Of a stretch of 64,000 nt of DNA, positions 49,677 to 59,480 are shown one piece after another (within the stretch, counting starts at the first letter, position 1; each line of letters opens with the position of its first letter). The notes beneath the pieces were generated by a model, which worked only from the letters and a program-made list of their open reading frames with translations, did not search any database and had not been told where the DNA came from. The DNA is taken from positions 44,971 through 108,970 of IMG/VR virus record IMGVR_UViG_3300002141_000152; one strand, 5' to 3'. The position numbers and the translations under genes are program-made. The stretch is from a virus.

Positions 49677-50165
49677 TTACAAACTTTCTTTTGACAATTC
49701 ATCAAGTCTAATGCGCTCAGTATTTGATAAATTAGTAAGACCTACCTTACTGACAAGATCGAGCAACTGATCTAGCGATAGCTTCACCTCAACTCTAGCT
49801 TCTACTGGAATATCCTCAGCTAGGGGTTCAGGTGTCGTGCCTTTCTTAATCTCCCGAGTCAGTAACTCAAATGCCTTACTTACAGCTGGTCCAAAGTCTT
49901 CGGAATTTATTGCAAAACCGGGAGAAGTCGTGTCCATTACAAGTACAGGTAGCCTATCGCCGGTTCCCTTGCCGACTTCATAGAATCCTTCGGCTATCTT
50001 TGTCGGGCTCCAATCAGTATAGATTAAAGTTATCATACCCTTATTTGGAACTGGTATGCCGAGTGCTAGGCGAGCGTTGCAGCCTGCAATTGCGGCAAGC
50101 AGTGGCATCTCATTACCGACAGGTGCGTCCTTGCCGAACCTGAATATTAGAACTATTCTTTTCAT
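49677..50165 (-). CDS. hypothetical protein
   Basis: C-terminal LDQLLDLVSKVGLTNLS..E...L helix pair. Confidence 0.55.
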   Translation of the reverse strand: MKRIVLIFRFGKDAPVGNEMPLLAAIAGCNARLALGIPVPNKGMITLIYTDWSPTKIAEGFYEVGKGTGDRLPVLVMDTTSPGFAINSEDFGPAVSKAFELLTREIKKGTTPEPLAEDIPVEARVEVKLSLDQLLDLVSKVGLTNLSNTERIRLDELSKESL

Positions 50166-50170
50166 ATTAT

Positions 50171-50518
50171 TTAGAATTTATAAAGTAAAATAACTCTATT
50201 GATAAAATTATCAAAGTCATCTTTTGTAATTTGATCAGGTCTCACTGGATAAGGATTGAGGCACATCATCATGTCTCTCTCTTCACGTGCAGTATTTGCT
50301 GCAGTTGGATATGGTGTTGCATCGTGCCATAATTGTACTAAATCCTGATCATAATAGATTACGACAATTGGTGGCTCTTGATCTGGAATCGGATTTGGAC
50401 TAACTGAACACTGGAAAAAGTTTCCAAACTCTTCATCTGGGCCATTCTCTTGCGCGGAATCAAGATCGATTAATAGATCTACTCCAAATAATTCTTGTAA
50501 TTTAGTGTGGGTTGTCAT
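50171..50518 (-). CDS. early hypothetical protein
   Basis: Directly downstream of a repeated promoter. Confidence 0.55.
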   Translation of the reverse strand: MTTHTKLQELFGVDLLIDLDSAQENGPDEEFGNFFQCSVSPNPIPDQEPPIVVIYYDQDLVQLWHDATPYPTAANTAREERDMMMCLNPYPVRPDQITKDDFDNFINRVILLYKF

Positions 50519-50584
50519 GTGTGTTTAAGTTTTAATATTGAGTAAATGTAATAAATTAGTTTGACACTAAAAAATCGGGGCAAA

Positions 50585-50809
50585 TTAAAACCAGCTCTTA
50601 CAATTATAGCATTTAGATGAGTCATCTACTTTGTATGCGCCAATTCTCCAAAACCACTTTTCAGTATTTCCTGGGTCAACGGCCGATGCATATACTTCGC
50701 GCGCTCCACAGTGTGGACACTGCAGCCCCTGTTTGTCAGGCTTCTCTCCGCATTTTTCAATAATTGCAGATTTAATTGATTCTTCTAAAATCTCAGATAG
50801 TGTATCCAT
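50585..50809 (-). CDS. small Zn-ribbon protein
   Basis: CPHC...CYNC. Confidence 0.55.
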   Translation of the reverse strand: MDTLSEILEESIKSAIIEKCGEKPDKQGLQCPHCGAREVYASAVDPGNTEKWFWRIGAYKVDDSSKCYNCKSWF

Positions 50810-51021
50810 ATGTCTTGTTTTTAATGTTAAGTAAATATAACTACTTATGTTGACACTAAAAAATCGGGGCAAAATATTTTTTTCGCCGCGAGTGGGTCTC
50901 TATCAGAGACGCGCCCAGCGCACGCCGAAAGCAGAGACGCCACGGATCCACTCGCGGCCGGTTTTTTAAAACAAAAAAAGCTCCAATCTCTTGGAGCTTT
51001 TGATAAGTCAGTATTTAATTG

Positions 51022-51420
51022 TTATTCAATTAGGGTTTGTGGATTACGATTATTATATGTTGCAAATACCCATTTATCTTCCTTAGTAAGAAGATACCCA
51101 TACTCTTCAATATCTCCATGGAAGAATTCATCAACGCTTGCATGATCGGCGGCACCTGTTCCTAACTCTCCACGGTCACGATGATATGCAACAACTACAC
51201 CACCTTGTGGGTTAGAAAATGAATGCGGACCTGTCGGGGATATCTCTTCGCTAAGTGAGGATATATCACCTAACTTAATTAGGGCTCTAACCTTCTCCCG
51301 ATCAGTGTAAAAGTTATTTAGGATTCTACCATTATGGTCAAGGTAGCCATCGTTGTGGCAGTAAATAGATTTAACCTTTCCGTCTGGTAATTCGATTGCG
51401 ATTCTGCTTCTTGTTGACAT
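51022..51420 (-). CDS. conserved phage early hypothetical protein
   Basis: MSTRSRIAI...SIYCHNDGY...AYHRDRGE. Confidence 0.6.
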   Translation of the reverse strand: MSTRSRIAIELPDGKVKSIYCHNDGYLDHNGRILNNFYTDREKVRALIKLGDISSLSEEISPTGPHSFSNPQGGVVVAYHRDRGELGTGAADHASVDEFFHGDIEEYGYLLTKEDKWVFATYNNRNPQTLIE

Positions 51421-51480
51421 AACTTATAGTTTTAATGTTGAGTAAATATAACTAGTTAGTTTGACACTAAAAAATCGAGG

Positions 51481-51903
51481 CTAATCTTTATTATTAAATA
51501 TTACTTCAAACAATCCTTTTGAATTAATTTGGATTGGAGTTCCAGTATATTGAAGTAATGCTTTCTTCAAGGAGGAAACAGACTCTCTACGCTCACGACT
51601 TTCCAGTGACCATTCATCATTATCACAGGCATCAATCATCTTGGTTTTAACTGTCTTAGTTAATTTAGCACCGCTGTGCAAGACAGCTACTGCCAATACT
51701 TGCCATGCAATCTCTGGCTGGTAATCGGCATGTCGCTTCACCTCAGCGATAAATGCTTTCATGTTCTTCTCTACCGCTTCCTTTGAAAGAGTGGCTATTC
51801 CGCCAGACATTGGAAATTTTTGTACTTGTGCAATTTCGAAGAATGTATCTTCTACATCGAGCGGACTATCTCCACCCATGATATCGGTTGACCACCATCC
51901 CAT
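51481..51903 (-). CDS. early hypothetical protein
   Basis: 140 aa, starts MGWWS. Confidence 0.55.
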   Translation of the reverse strand: MGWWSTDIMGGDSPLDVEDTFFEIAQVQKFPMSGGIATLSKEAVEKNMKAFIAEVKRHADYQPEIAWQVLAVAVLHSGAKLTKTVKTKMIDACDNDEWSLESRERRESVSSLKKALLQYTGTPIQINSKGLFEVIFNNKD

Positions 51904-51973
51904 AGTTATTTGGTTTTAGATTTATTAGTAAGTATTTCGATTTATAGAGTAAATATAACTAGTTAGTTTGACA

Positions 51974-52255
51974 CTAAAAAATCGGGGCAGACTTTCTTTT
52001 CTCTTTATAGTATTCAGCCGTAACTTCTTCCTCTACTAATTTTCCAAACATCCACTTCTTGGTCCGGGTCAGACTCTCTATTCTAGCACGTGAAGAACGA
52101 GCAGATCTGTTTTTAAGGTCTTCGATCGTTGCATCAAGAACTCGAATATGGGATTTCAAATATATTATATTGTTAATACATTGAAGTCTTAAGTCCACCC
52201 AATCAATTTGTGGTGGAGGTGCTACCGGTTTCTTCCTGAATATCCCAAATATCAT
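51974..52255 (-). CDS. hypothetical protein
   Basis: 93-aa ORF. Confidence 0.5.
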   Translation of the reverse strand: MIFGIFRKKPVAPPPQIDWVDLRLQCINNIIYLKSHIRVLDATIEDLKNRSARSSRARIESLTRTKKWMFGKLVEEEVTAEYYKEKRKSAPIF

Positions 52256-52485
52256 TATCGTATTTTTCTAATTACCGCAATTACACATCCTGTACTGTCC
52301 TTTGCAAGGAATAACATTCCTTTATTATAGGAACGCTGGTTTTCCCAATTCCATTCAATCGGAGTTCCATCACACGTTGTGGCTGGAATATCCGCAGGTC
52401 GAGTTGGGTGATACGGGTCAATTTCTGGTCGGCCATCATTGCATGAGGCAATAATTAATCCAACAAATAATAATATCTTTTTCAT
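52255..52485 (-). CDS. putative lipoprotein
   Basis: MKKILLFVGLIIASC lipobox. Confidence 0.55.
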   Translation of the reverse strand: MKKILLFVGLIIASCNDGRPEIDPYHPTRPADIPATTCDGTPIEWNWENQRSYNKGMLFLAKDSTGCVIAVIRKIR

Positions 52486-52527
52486 ATAGTAAATATAACT
52501 AAATTTGGTGAAACAAAAAAATCGGGA

Positions 52528-52794
52528 CTAATAAATTTTTACTGTAATAATTGTGGCTGAGTGTCCAATACCACTACTCTGCTTCACAGTCACTGCACCA
52601 TTCTTTTTAATTAGGTCAAGCACCTTACGATATTTCAAATCAGGCTTGGTGATTCCGCCTAGGAACTTTGCTATCTCATAGGCTTTAGCTATCGTGTGAC
52701 AGATTCCCATAGACTCTTGCAAAGAGTTTTCCCAAGCGAGACCCACTCGCGGCGGAGCATCAGATATAATTACGTATTTTGTATTTTTTGGCAT
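52528..52794 (-). CDS. hypothetical protein
   Basis: 88-aa ORF. Confidence 0.5.
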   Translation of the reverse strand: MPKNTKYVIISDAPPRVGLAWENSLQESMGICHTIAKAYEIAKFLGGITKPDLKYRKVLDLIKKNGAVTVKQSSGIGHSATIITVKIY

Positions 52795-53078
52795 TCAATA
52801 ATTTTCTGTTTTAAATTAAGTATAAAAGCACAATCTTCATACTCTTCCACACCTTCAAAATATTTCAGCAGTGACTCTAACGCTTTTATCTTCTCAGCAG
52901 TTGGCGCATCATCGTCAACCGCAAGTTCAGGATATTTCTTTAGTGCAGCTAATATCATCTTCATAAAAGCCGCTGGGTCCTTCTTCTTAATATCGTTTAA
53001 GGCTCGGATCAGTTCTTCATCTCTTAATGGGTTCATCTTACTACGGAGTAAAGGGTTAATACTTAGCTTCAAACTCAT
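52770..53078 (-). CDS. protein with UVR-like helical hairpin
   Basis: LLKYFEGVEEYEDCAFILNL. Confidence 0.5.
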   Translation of the reverse strand: MSLKLSINPLLRSKMNPLRDEELIRALNDIKKKDPAAFMKMILAALKKYPELAVDDDAPTAEKIKALESLLKYFEGVEEYEDCAFILNLKQKIIECQKIQNT

Positions 53079-53505
53079 TTGCTTGACAGACGGCCAGATA
53101 TTCAGCCACTAACTTCGGCCACTGTTCTCGATAAAAATCTTCTGACTCTGTCCTCTTATTCATTATAATACATGATTCATGCGATAAGTGAAAGACTGCG
53201 TGTCCTAGTTCATGATACACGGTACACATAGTCGAGTATGGTCCGGTTGCAAACTGTCTCCTATCTACGATAACCGTCTTTGTAGTAGAGAATCCAACAC
53301 GGTCTCCGTTGAGGTTACCTACCTTCACCTCATCGACTCTATTAAAACCATTAGTATAGTCTATACCCACTCCAACCATTTCATCTTGCCACTTTTTCAC
53401 GATTGGTTTAAGGGTTACGTTTACTTGCGGTGGTGCTGTGTCTCTATCTATGGTGAACGAAATACCGACGGTCACTAGTAGAAGTAGGATTACGATTAGT
53501 TTCAT
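53056..53505 (-). CDS. secreted zinc metallopeptidase (metzincin-like)
   Basis: Signal-like N-terminus; HELGHAVFHLSH...IM. Confidence 0.7.
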   Translation of the reverse strand: MKLIVILLLLVTVGISFTIDRDTAPPQVNVTLKPIVKKWQDEMVGVGIDYTNGFNRVDEVKVGNLNGDRVGFSTTKTVIVDRRQFATGPYSTMCTVYHELGHAVFHLSHESCIIMNKRTESEDFYREQWPKLVAEYLAVCQANEFEAKY

Positions 53506-53780
53506 ATTATTTTATCTAAGAGTAATGCTGCACTTATCTCTGCGGCACGCATCGCAGCTGAGTCTAATCCGTGTTCTAATTTAATTCTTTGGAATAGGGC
53601 TTCATATCCATCTGTGATATTGACATACTTCTTCATCAGTCGAATATCTTTGGCTAGATACTCTTTACATACATCTCGATAGACTGCAGTTGCTTCAAAC
53701 AAGCGAAGTACAGCTTCGTTATCTAGTTGGGTTGGGTCAACAAGTATCTCGTCTTCCCCATCAAATATTAATACCTTCAC
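53502..53780 (-). CDS. hypothetical protein
   Basis: 92-aa ORF. Confidence 0.5.
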   Translation of the reverse strand: MKVLIFDGEDEILVDPTQLDNEAVLRLFEATAVYRDVCKEYLAKDIRLMKKYVNITDGYEALFQRIKLEHGLDSAAMRAAEISAALLLDKII

Positions 53781-53792
53781 CTTACTACGGAG

Positions 53793-54509
53793 TTAAATAA
53801 CTTCTTTCATTTTTTGTATAGCACTCTTCACGATTTGTGATACTCTAACATTCGTTATATCGAAACGCTCAGCGATAACATCAGTCGGTAGTTCACAGTC
53901 TCGACCAATACCGAAATAGGCAGATACGATATTACGATCGCGTTCTTTAAGTACGCCCAACACTCTGCGAATCGTGTATTGCACCTGGTCTACTTCCATT
54001 TGAAACTCGGATTCATGTGGAGTATTAAGTAGAATATCTCCAATTGTGGTGTCGCTGTCGACTGAAATAGGTGCATCAATTTCAACAGTCGACAAGTTTG
54101 GTGTTTCTATTCCAGCCATCTTAGCTTTATAGATATCGTACTCCTGATTATGCGGTAGTCGAACAATACGACCGTGTGCAACGACTGCTTCATTAATACG
54201 CTTGCGTACCCATAATCCAGCGTAGGCTACAAATCGCGTATTGGATTTAGGTTCGAACCGTTGTGCAGCTTCGTATAATCCAATATTACCTTCTTGTATG
54301 AGGTCATCGATTGGAACTCCTTGGCCAACGTGCCGATTTGCAATAGTCACAACTATTTTTAAGTTGTGCTGCACCAATTTATGGATGGCAGCCTGGTCTC
54401 CGGCTTTAATACTGAGTGCCAACCCTTTTTCTTCTTCGATTGTAAGTGGATTCATTTTAGAAATCGACTTAAAATACTTTGGTAAATTGTCTGATGTTTC
54501 GAATGACAT
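53793..54509 (-). CDS. sigma70-family RNA polymerase sigma factor
   Basis: LVQHNLKIV, DLIQEGNIGL, RFVAYAGLWVR, RIVRLP, region 4 HTH RVSQI. Confidence 0.9.
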   Translation of the reverse strand: MSFETSDNLPKYFKSISKMNPLTIEEEKGLALSIKAGDQAAIHKLVQHNLKIVVTIANRHVGQGVPIDDLIQEGNIGLYEAAQRFEPKSNTRFVAYAGLWVRKRINEAVVAHGRIVRLPHNQEYDIYKAKMAGIETPNLSTVEIDAPISVDSDTTIGDILLNTPHESEFQMEVDQVQYTIRRVLGVLKERDRNIVSAYFGIGRDCELPTDVIAERFDITNVRVSQIVKSAIQKMKEVI

Positions 54510-54575
54510 AGTATATAGTTTTTAATGTTAAGTAAATGTAACAAATTAGTTTGACACGAGAAAATCGGGGCTCAC

Positions 54576-54755
54576 TTATTTTTTGCAAGTCTCTGGCGGT
54601 ATTTCAGTGTCGATACTCTCCATTGGCTTGCCAGTCATAAGTACGTTCACGCATTTCCAGCAAACCACTGCAGTTACATCACTGTTTACGTTCTTAACTA
54701 TCTCGCCGCATTCTTTACAAGCAAGATCCTGTGGTACTCTTTGTTCAAATGACAT
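54576..54755 (-). CDS. 59-aa Zn-ribbon protein
   Basis: Manual translation MSFEQRVPQDLACKECGE...VVCWKC. Confidence 0.5.
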   Translation of the reverse strand: MSFEQRVPQDLACKECGEIVKNVNSDVTAVVCWKCVNVLMTGKPMESIDTEIPPETCKK

Positions 54756-55002
54756 ATCCTTTAGATTTTAAATGATTCATAATTTATCTTTAATATTATA
54801 TCATAAAAGTAACCAAAAGTTCTGACCTGATAAAATCGGGGCTCACTTATTTTGAGGATGAAAAACCAGAGACACAGTAGGAGTCTGCTAAGCAGACGTC
54901 TGGCCACCAGAGACCCCGTTAATCCCCTCCTTTTCCAGTGGGTTAAACAAAAAAAAGACCCCAATTTCTTGGAGTCTTTTCAATAAGCTAAGCAATTATT
55001 AA

Positions 55003-55275
55003 TTACTTGCGTTTTCCTACTAACTCATAAGCAACATTTGCAATTCTTCCACATGGATTTTTACGTTCTCCACGGATTACTCGAGCAACGTGTGATGCGT
55101 CATATCCAGTAATTAAGGAGATTGTCGTTAAGTCACCATGACGTAATTTTTTTTTCGCGATTGATAATTTCTCACCTGCGGATTTTCGTCCAGACTTTGA
55201 AGTAGTTGATTTAGTCGCGGTCTTCGACTTAGCTTTCGCAGAAATCGGTGTTACTCTAATAGATGTTTTTCTCAT
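55003..55275 (-). CDS. small basic HTH DNA-binding protein
   Basis: Lys/Ser-rich tail then ISLITGYDASHVARVIRGER. Confidence 0.55.
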   Translation of the reverse strand: MRKTSIRVTPISAKAKSKTATKSTTSKSGRKSAGEKLSIAKKKLRHGDLTTISLITGYDASHVARVIRGERKNPCGRIANVAYELVGKRK

Positions 55276-55544
55276 AATAAAAAGATTATTTTTTTGTTTA
55301 ACTTAATTATAATACTAAGTATTTAGGTAAACATAAAATATTCCGATAATTATTTCTTGGCGGTGCCATCAACAACCGCTCCAATAAACTTAATTACCTG
55401 GCCGGCTGCAAGTCTGGTCTCTGAAAACCAGTGAACATCTTTCTTCTTGTGTGTGTTATCCCAAAGGACACATGCAGTAAGAGCAAAGAATATAAATGTA
55501 ATACCTAGGAATATCGTTTTCATATTATAATAATACTAATAGGT

Positions 55545-55868
55545 TTATAATTGTTTCTCTAAATCGATTAGAACACTACATAACTCGTATTGTTCGCTGT
55601 CTGTAAAATACGTTAAACAATCCTGCAACCAGCGTGGGTACTCGTCTCTAGCAATGTTCACTACGGAGTCCGAGTCTTTTACTGCAAATGCAGGTACTAT
55701 CGATAGATTCCCTGTGATACCATTATATAGGGCTGAAAGAAATGCAGCGTGTACTGCAGCATGCTCTCCTTCCATGAATTCTTTAATATCTCGGTATGGA
55801 GAAGCATCTAACTCTGGAATTTCAAAGTCAGTATCTAATTCTTCGACATACTGAATAATATAATTCAT
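55545..55868 (-). CDS. protein with UVR-like helical hairpin
   Basis: CLTYFTDSEQYELCSVL. Confidence 0.5.
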   Translation of the reverse strand: MNYIIQYVEELDTDFEIPELDASPYRDIKEFMEGEHAAVHAAFLSALYNGITGNLSIVPAFAVKDSDSVVNIARDEYPRWLQDCLTYFTDSEQYELCSVLIDLEKQL

Positions 55869-56119
55869 CGCTTCTTCTTTTTATTATTTATAAGCTCAAG
55901 CTCTTCTGCCCAGTCCATTAACTGTACGTTATCTTCAGCCCACTCCTTTGCACCAGCCAGGGTCTCATCGCGTTCTGTCCTAGGCACGAGCTTGTCAGTA
56001 ACAGCAAATAGGGTATAGATACCGGTTACTTTATCTTCACGATTAAGCCGTATCCATACCACTCCGCGGTTGCATGTGCCGCGTACATGTCTCTCTAATA
56101 GGGGTTCCCAACGAATCAT
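55865..56119 (-). CDS. hypothetical protein
   Basis: 84-aa ORF. Confidence 0.5.
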   Translation of the reverse strand: MIRWEPLLERHVRGTCNRGVVWIRLNREDKVTGIYTLFAVTDKLVPRTERDETLAGAKEWAEDNVQLMDWAEELELINNKKKKR

Positions 56120-56454
56120 TTTCTATTTGGATTTAATTCGTATATATGTACTTCTTTTATTGCGGCCGGTGGGATTCTCTTAGGACTTACCAGCGACTTT
56201 CCCACACCAAATATTGTAACCATTATCGGGCTGTGATCTGTGCCCTCAATTAATCTGGAGGGATCGACTTCCACTTCAATAATCGCCATATACTTTTCTC
56301 CCATCGCTGCAAATCTAAATCCCATCCAGCGCATTGCACTCTCTGCAGAATCAGTTAGGTATACTCCTTCCCACTTAGATATTAATCCTTCCATTTTAAT
56401 GCGATCAACATTATCTACGTGAGTTGCGTGGAATAGTCTTACTTTCTTGGCCAT
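56116..56454 (-). CDS. ADP-ribosyltransferase-fold protein (Tpt1/KptA-like NAD-binding half)
   Basis: LFHAT...IKMEGL...GVYLT...IPPAAI. Confidence 0.55.
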   Translation of the reverse strand: MAKKVRLFHATHVDNVDRIKMEGLISKWEGVYLTDSAESAMRWMGFRFAAMGEKYMAIIEVEVDPSRLIEGTDHSPIMVTIFGVGKSLVSPKRIPPAAIKEVHIYELNPNRK

Positions 56455-56457
56455 GGC

Positions 56458-56640
56458 TTAGTAATTTAAAGGTTCAATCGTTGGCACGTCTCTTACAATC
56501 ATCCACTGGCAGTTAGATAAGCTATACTCTAATACACCTTCGATAAACTCCTCAGCGTCCATCGTGTTGGAATCATTTATACCTAGTAGATATAAGCATT
56601 CTACTTTACCTGTTTCAAAATTTAGGATAACTGCATACAT
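56458..56640 (-). CDS. small early hypothetical protein
   Basis: Has its own promoter copy. Confidence 0.5.
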   Translation of the reverse strand: MYAVILNFETGKVECLYLLGINDSNTMDAEEFIEGVLEYSLSNCQWMIVRDVPTIEPLNY

Positions 56641-56672
56641 AATATATAAGTTTTAATGTTGAGTAAATATAA

Positions 56673-56933
56673 CTAACTAGTTTGACGCGAGAAAATAGGG
56701 GCAATAATTTGTTCCACCTTTTCTGGATTCTGGTCAAACCACTCAATGAGTCTCCCAAACTCGGATAAACCCAGGTTCGACCGCATAAAGTCAAACACTC
56801 CATCGTAGTCTTCCATACTATAGAAACCAGGAGTATCGATATACTCGTCTCCCATTATTTCGCGAAGCTGACCTTCACCAGTGGCATCGATTGCAATTAA
56901 AAATTGCTCTAATCTATCTTTTACTTTTCCCAT
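56673..56933 (-). CDS. hypothetical protein
   Basis: 86-aa ORF. Confidence 0.5.
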   Translation of the reverse strand: MGKVKDRLEQFLIAIDATGEGQLREIMGDEYIDTPGFYSMEDYDGVFDFMRSNLGLSEFGRLIEWFDQNPEKVEQIIAPIFSRQTS

Positions 56934-56938
56934 TCTAT

Positions 56939-57226
56939 TTAAGTTTTAATGTTTGCTGTGAACTGTTTAATTATTTCTTCTAAATCTTCAATTACGGCAC
57001 CTGCCTTACTGCATCTCAATAGTGCAATATCAAATACAATATCATTATCTGCAGTTTGCTGTATTGCCCAAAGATATGTTCTCACAAACTCTGAACCTTT
57101 TTTGCTCTCCGGTTTTAAGTCAAGCATTGCTAAACCTCCTTGAATACGAGTAAGATGTTTTTGTAGATTCGGTGCTCTAACTGTTTGGTTGTGCACCTCT
57201 TGTTCTGTTGGAATTTTTGTCATCAC
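56939..57226 (-). CDS. early hypothetical protein
   Basis: Has its own promoter copy. Confidence 0.5.
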   Translation of the reverse strand: MMTKIPTEQEVHNQTVRAPNLQKHLTRIQGGLAMLDLKPESKKGSEFVRTYLWAIQQTADNDIVFDIALLRCSKAGAVIEDLEEIIKQFTANIKT

Positions 57227-57311
57227 TTTAGTTTTTAAGTTTTAATTATAGAGTAAATATAACTAATAGCCCCGACCTGTAACAATCGGGGCTAGAATAT
57301 TTACTACGGAG

Positions 57312-57947
57312 TTAAGCTGCTAATTGCTTAGGGTCAACTGGGCCAGACATCCATGCTCCACGGCGACCGCTCATCTTCGTCGGGTACCAACTGTATAACT
57401 TCTTTAAGATTAGTGTTGCTTCTTTCTGGAATTCGCGCAACTCCCGGTTCCATCGCTTCTCTGCAAGTTTGTCAATTGCTGCCGCAACACTCTTGCCTCT
57501 AGCATCATACCATGCTCGACGGTCTTCTAATTCAAACTCGGCATCCTCTAAAAACGTTTCGAATTTAAAAGTCGGAATTACCGCAATTGGAAGGTGCGAG
57601 TATTCTGCACTCGTCTCAGTAATAACGTATACTCGTTGACCTTCTGCTAGGATAAGACCCTCATTTCGAAAGGCACTGGATAATTCTTCATATCCATTGG
57701 CTCGAGATTGCAAGTCCCATGGGGTCAATCTTAGTTCTGATGCTAGACACTCTGCCAGGTCTTCGAAACCAAACTCAGACTGTTGGTCAACCTCCGCATA
57801 AACATCATCATCATCTGGTTCTTTACCAAACTCTTCTGCAAGTCTTTCTTTCACCGAGTCAAAGTCCTCGCTGAGGTCAATAAAGTAAGTGTTGGGTTCG
57901 AACTTATCATTGTCGAACGATCGTAAGTGTGGATTGCCTGCGCCCAT
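57312..57947 (-). CDS. acidic early hypothetical protein
   Basis: 211 aa; own promoter copy. Confidence 0.55.
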   Translation of the reverse strand: MGAGNPHLRSFDNDKFEPNTYFIDLSEDFDSVKERLAEEFGKEPDDDDVYAEVDQQSEFGFEDLAECLASELRLTPWDLQSRANGYEELSSAFRNEGLILAEGQRVYVITETSAEYSHLPIAVIPTFKFETFLEDAEFELEDRRAWYDARGKSVAAAIDKLAEKRWNRELREFQKEATLILKKLYSWYPTKMSGRRGAWMSGPVDPKQLAA

Positions 57948-58010
57948 AGTTTTGTAGTTTTAGTTTTTAATTATAGAGTAAATGTAACAAATTAATTTGA
58001 CACTAAAAAA

Positions 58011-58214
58011 TTACTGTAAATATATTTTTAAACATTTTTCACATCCAATGTGTTCTACGTTTTCAATTCTAGCATGGTTTGAACTTAACATTGGTGTTCC
58101 ACACAACGTTGTTCCACTAAATGTACCTGCTTGGGCAATGTGGGCTGTGTTGCTCCAAACATTTCCTTTGTTGCCGAACATGTAAAAATTTTCTTTTAAG
58201 TCTGCTGTTTTCAT
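58011..58214 (-). CDS. small His/Cys early protein
   Basis: AHI...TLCG...CEKC. Confidence 0.5.
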   Translation of the reverse strand: MKTADLKENFYMFGNKGNVWSNTAHIAQAGTFSGTTLCGTPMLSSNHARIENVEHIGCEKCLKIYLQ

Positions 58215-58442
58215 CTTTTATAGTTTTTAATTATAGAGTAAATATAACTAATTAGTTTGACACGAGAAAATCGGGGCACAAAAATTATCTTGTCCCTGGC
58301 CAGATCGAACATCTCTGTCAGAGACTCTTCCCAGCCATCCGTGGATTTGGTCAAAAAAAAGACCAGCAATCGCTGGTCTCCTTAGGTCAATTTCTTGGTG
58401 GCGGCACCTTTACCCGGCCGTGACCCGCACTTAGGAAGCTCT

Positions 58443-58652
58443 TTATGCTTCGATAATGTCCGCTTCGCTAACTTCGAATGTAAAAATCTCAAAGTCTTCA
58501 TCAATCGTTTCTTCGCTATACTCATACTCCAGTAACAGTTCGCGTGTACACTTCTCAGCATGGTCCATTGTTTCGGCCTTGATGTGGAAGATAATTGGAC
58601 TGCGGAATGTTCCTTGGAAATCTGTAACTACTGTGCAAAATAATCTTTTCAT
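58443..58652 (-). CDS. small acidic early protein
   Basis: Start MKRLFC after promoter copy. Confidence 0.5.
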   Translation of the reverse strand: MKRLFCTVVTDFQGTFRSPIIFHIKAETMDHAEKCTRELLLEYEYSEETIDEDFEIFTFEVSEADIIEA

Positions 58653-58721
58653 AATTTCTAGTTTTAATTGGTTATGAAGTAAATATAACAAATTAGATTG
58701 AACTCTTAAAATCGGGGCAAA

Positions 58722-58952
58722 TTACTTAATGTTTCTATCCGGTGGGTGATATAATTCTTCTAATTTATCTAAAACCTCACTCGAACTATCCGCATCATGG
58801 TGTAATATAATATCTAGAATGATTTCACGCCAAGTGGTTGGCTCCTTTGTAACACTAACCTCCTCTGGTCTTAGCGCACGTTGCGCTTCTTTGTATGCTT
58901 CAAATGTCCCATATTCATCTAAAATTTCTTGATATTTTTCGTTTGAGTTCAT
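58722..58952 (-). CDS. hypothetical protein
   Basis: 76-aa ORF. Confidence 0.5.
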   Translation of the reverse strand: MNSNEKYQEILDEYGTFEAYKEAQRALRPEEVSVTKEPTTWREIILDIILHHDADSSSEVLDKLEELYHPPDRNIK

Positions 58953-58974
58953 ATATTTTTTAAATTTTTATTTA

Positions 58975-59283
58975 CTAATTTAGGTCAGATGTATCTGGAA
59001 TCATACACGCTCCAAATTCACTTACTCCGCTTGCTGCGACTTCCGATATAAGTGCCATTGATGCTGTTAAAAATCTGTACAAATCTAATACTTCTCTACG
59101 ATCCTTTACAGACAGTCGTGAAAATGCTTTACTTACTATAAACTCTTCCTGTTCAGATATTTTCATCTGCATTTCAATCAACGTTGCTACTTTCGACCCA
59201 GGAATAATTTGTGGCATTTCATCTTTAACTCTAGGTTTACGTTCTGGTTTATCCCAGCTACATTTGAATCCTACTTTGCTCAT
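58975..59283 (-). CDS. early hypothetical protein
   Basis: Has its own promoter copy. Confidence 0.5.
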   Translation of the reverse strand: MSKVGFKCSWDKPERKPRVKDEMPQIIPGSKVATLIEMQMKISEQEEFIVSKAFSRLSVKDRREVLDLYRFLTASMALISEVAASGVSEFGACMIPDTSDLN

Positions 59284-59480
59284 AGCTTTATATTTTTAAT
59301 TAGTTATGATGTAAATATAACACATTAGGTTGACACTAAAAAAATCAGGAGAATAATAATTTAGCAGAGACCCACTCGCCCGGCAGATGTCAAGCTGCAG
59401 TTCAGCTAAAACAAGAAAGGAGCAGATACCTCTGCCCCAATCCCGAACTTAAACCATGCTATTACTACGGAGTAAACCGG

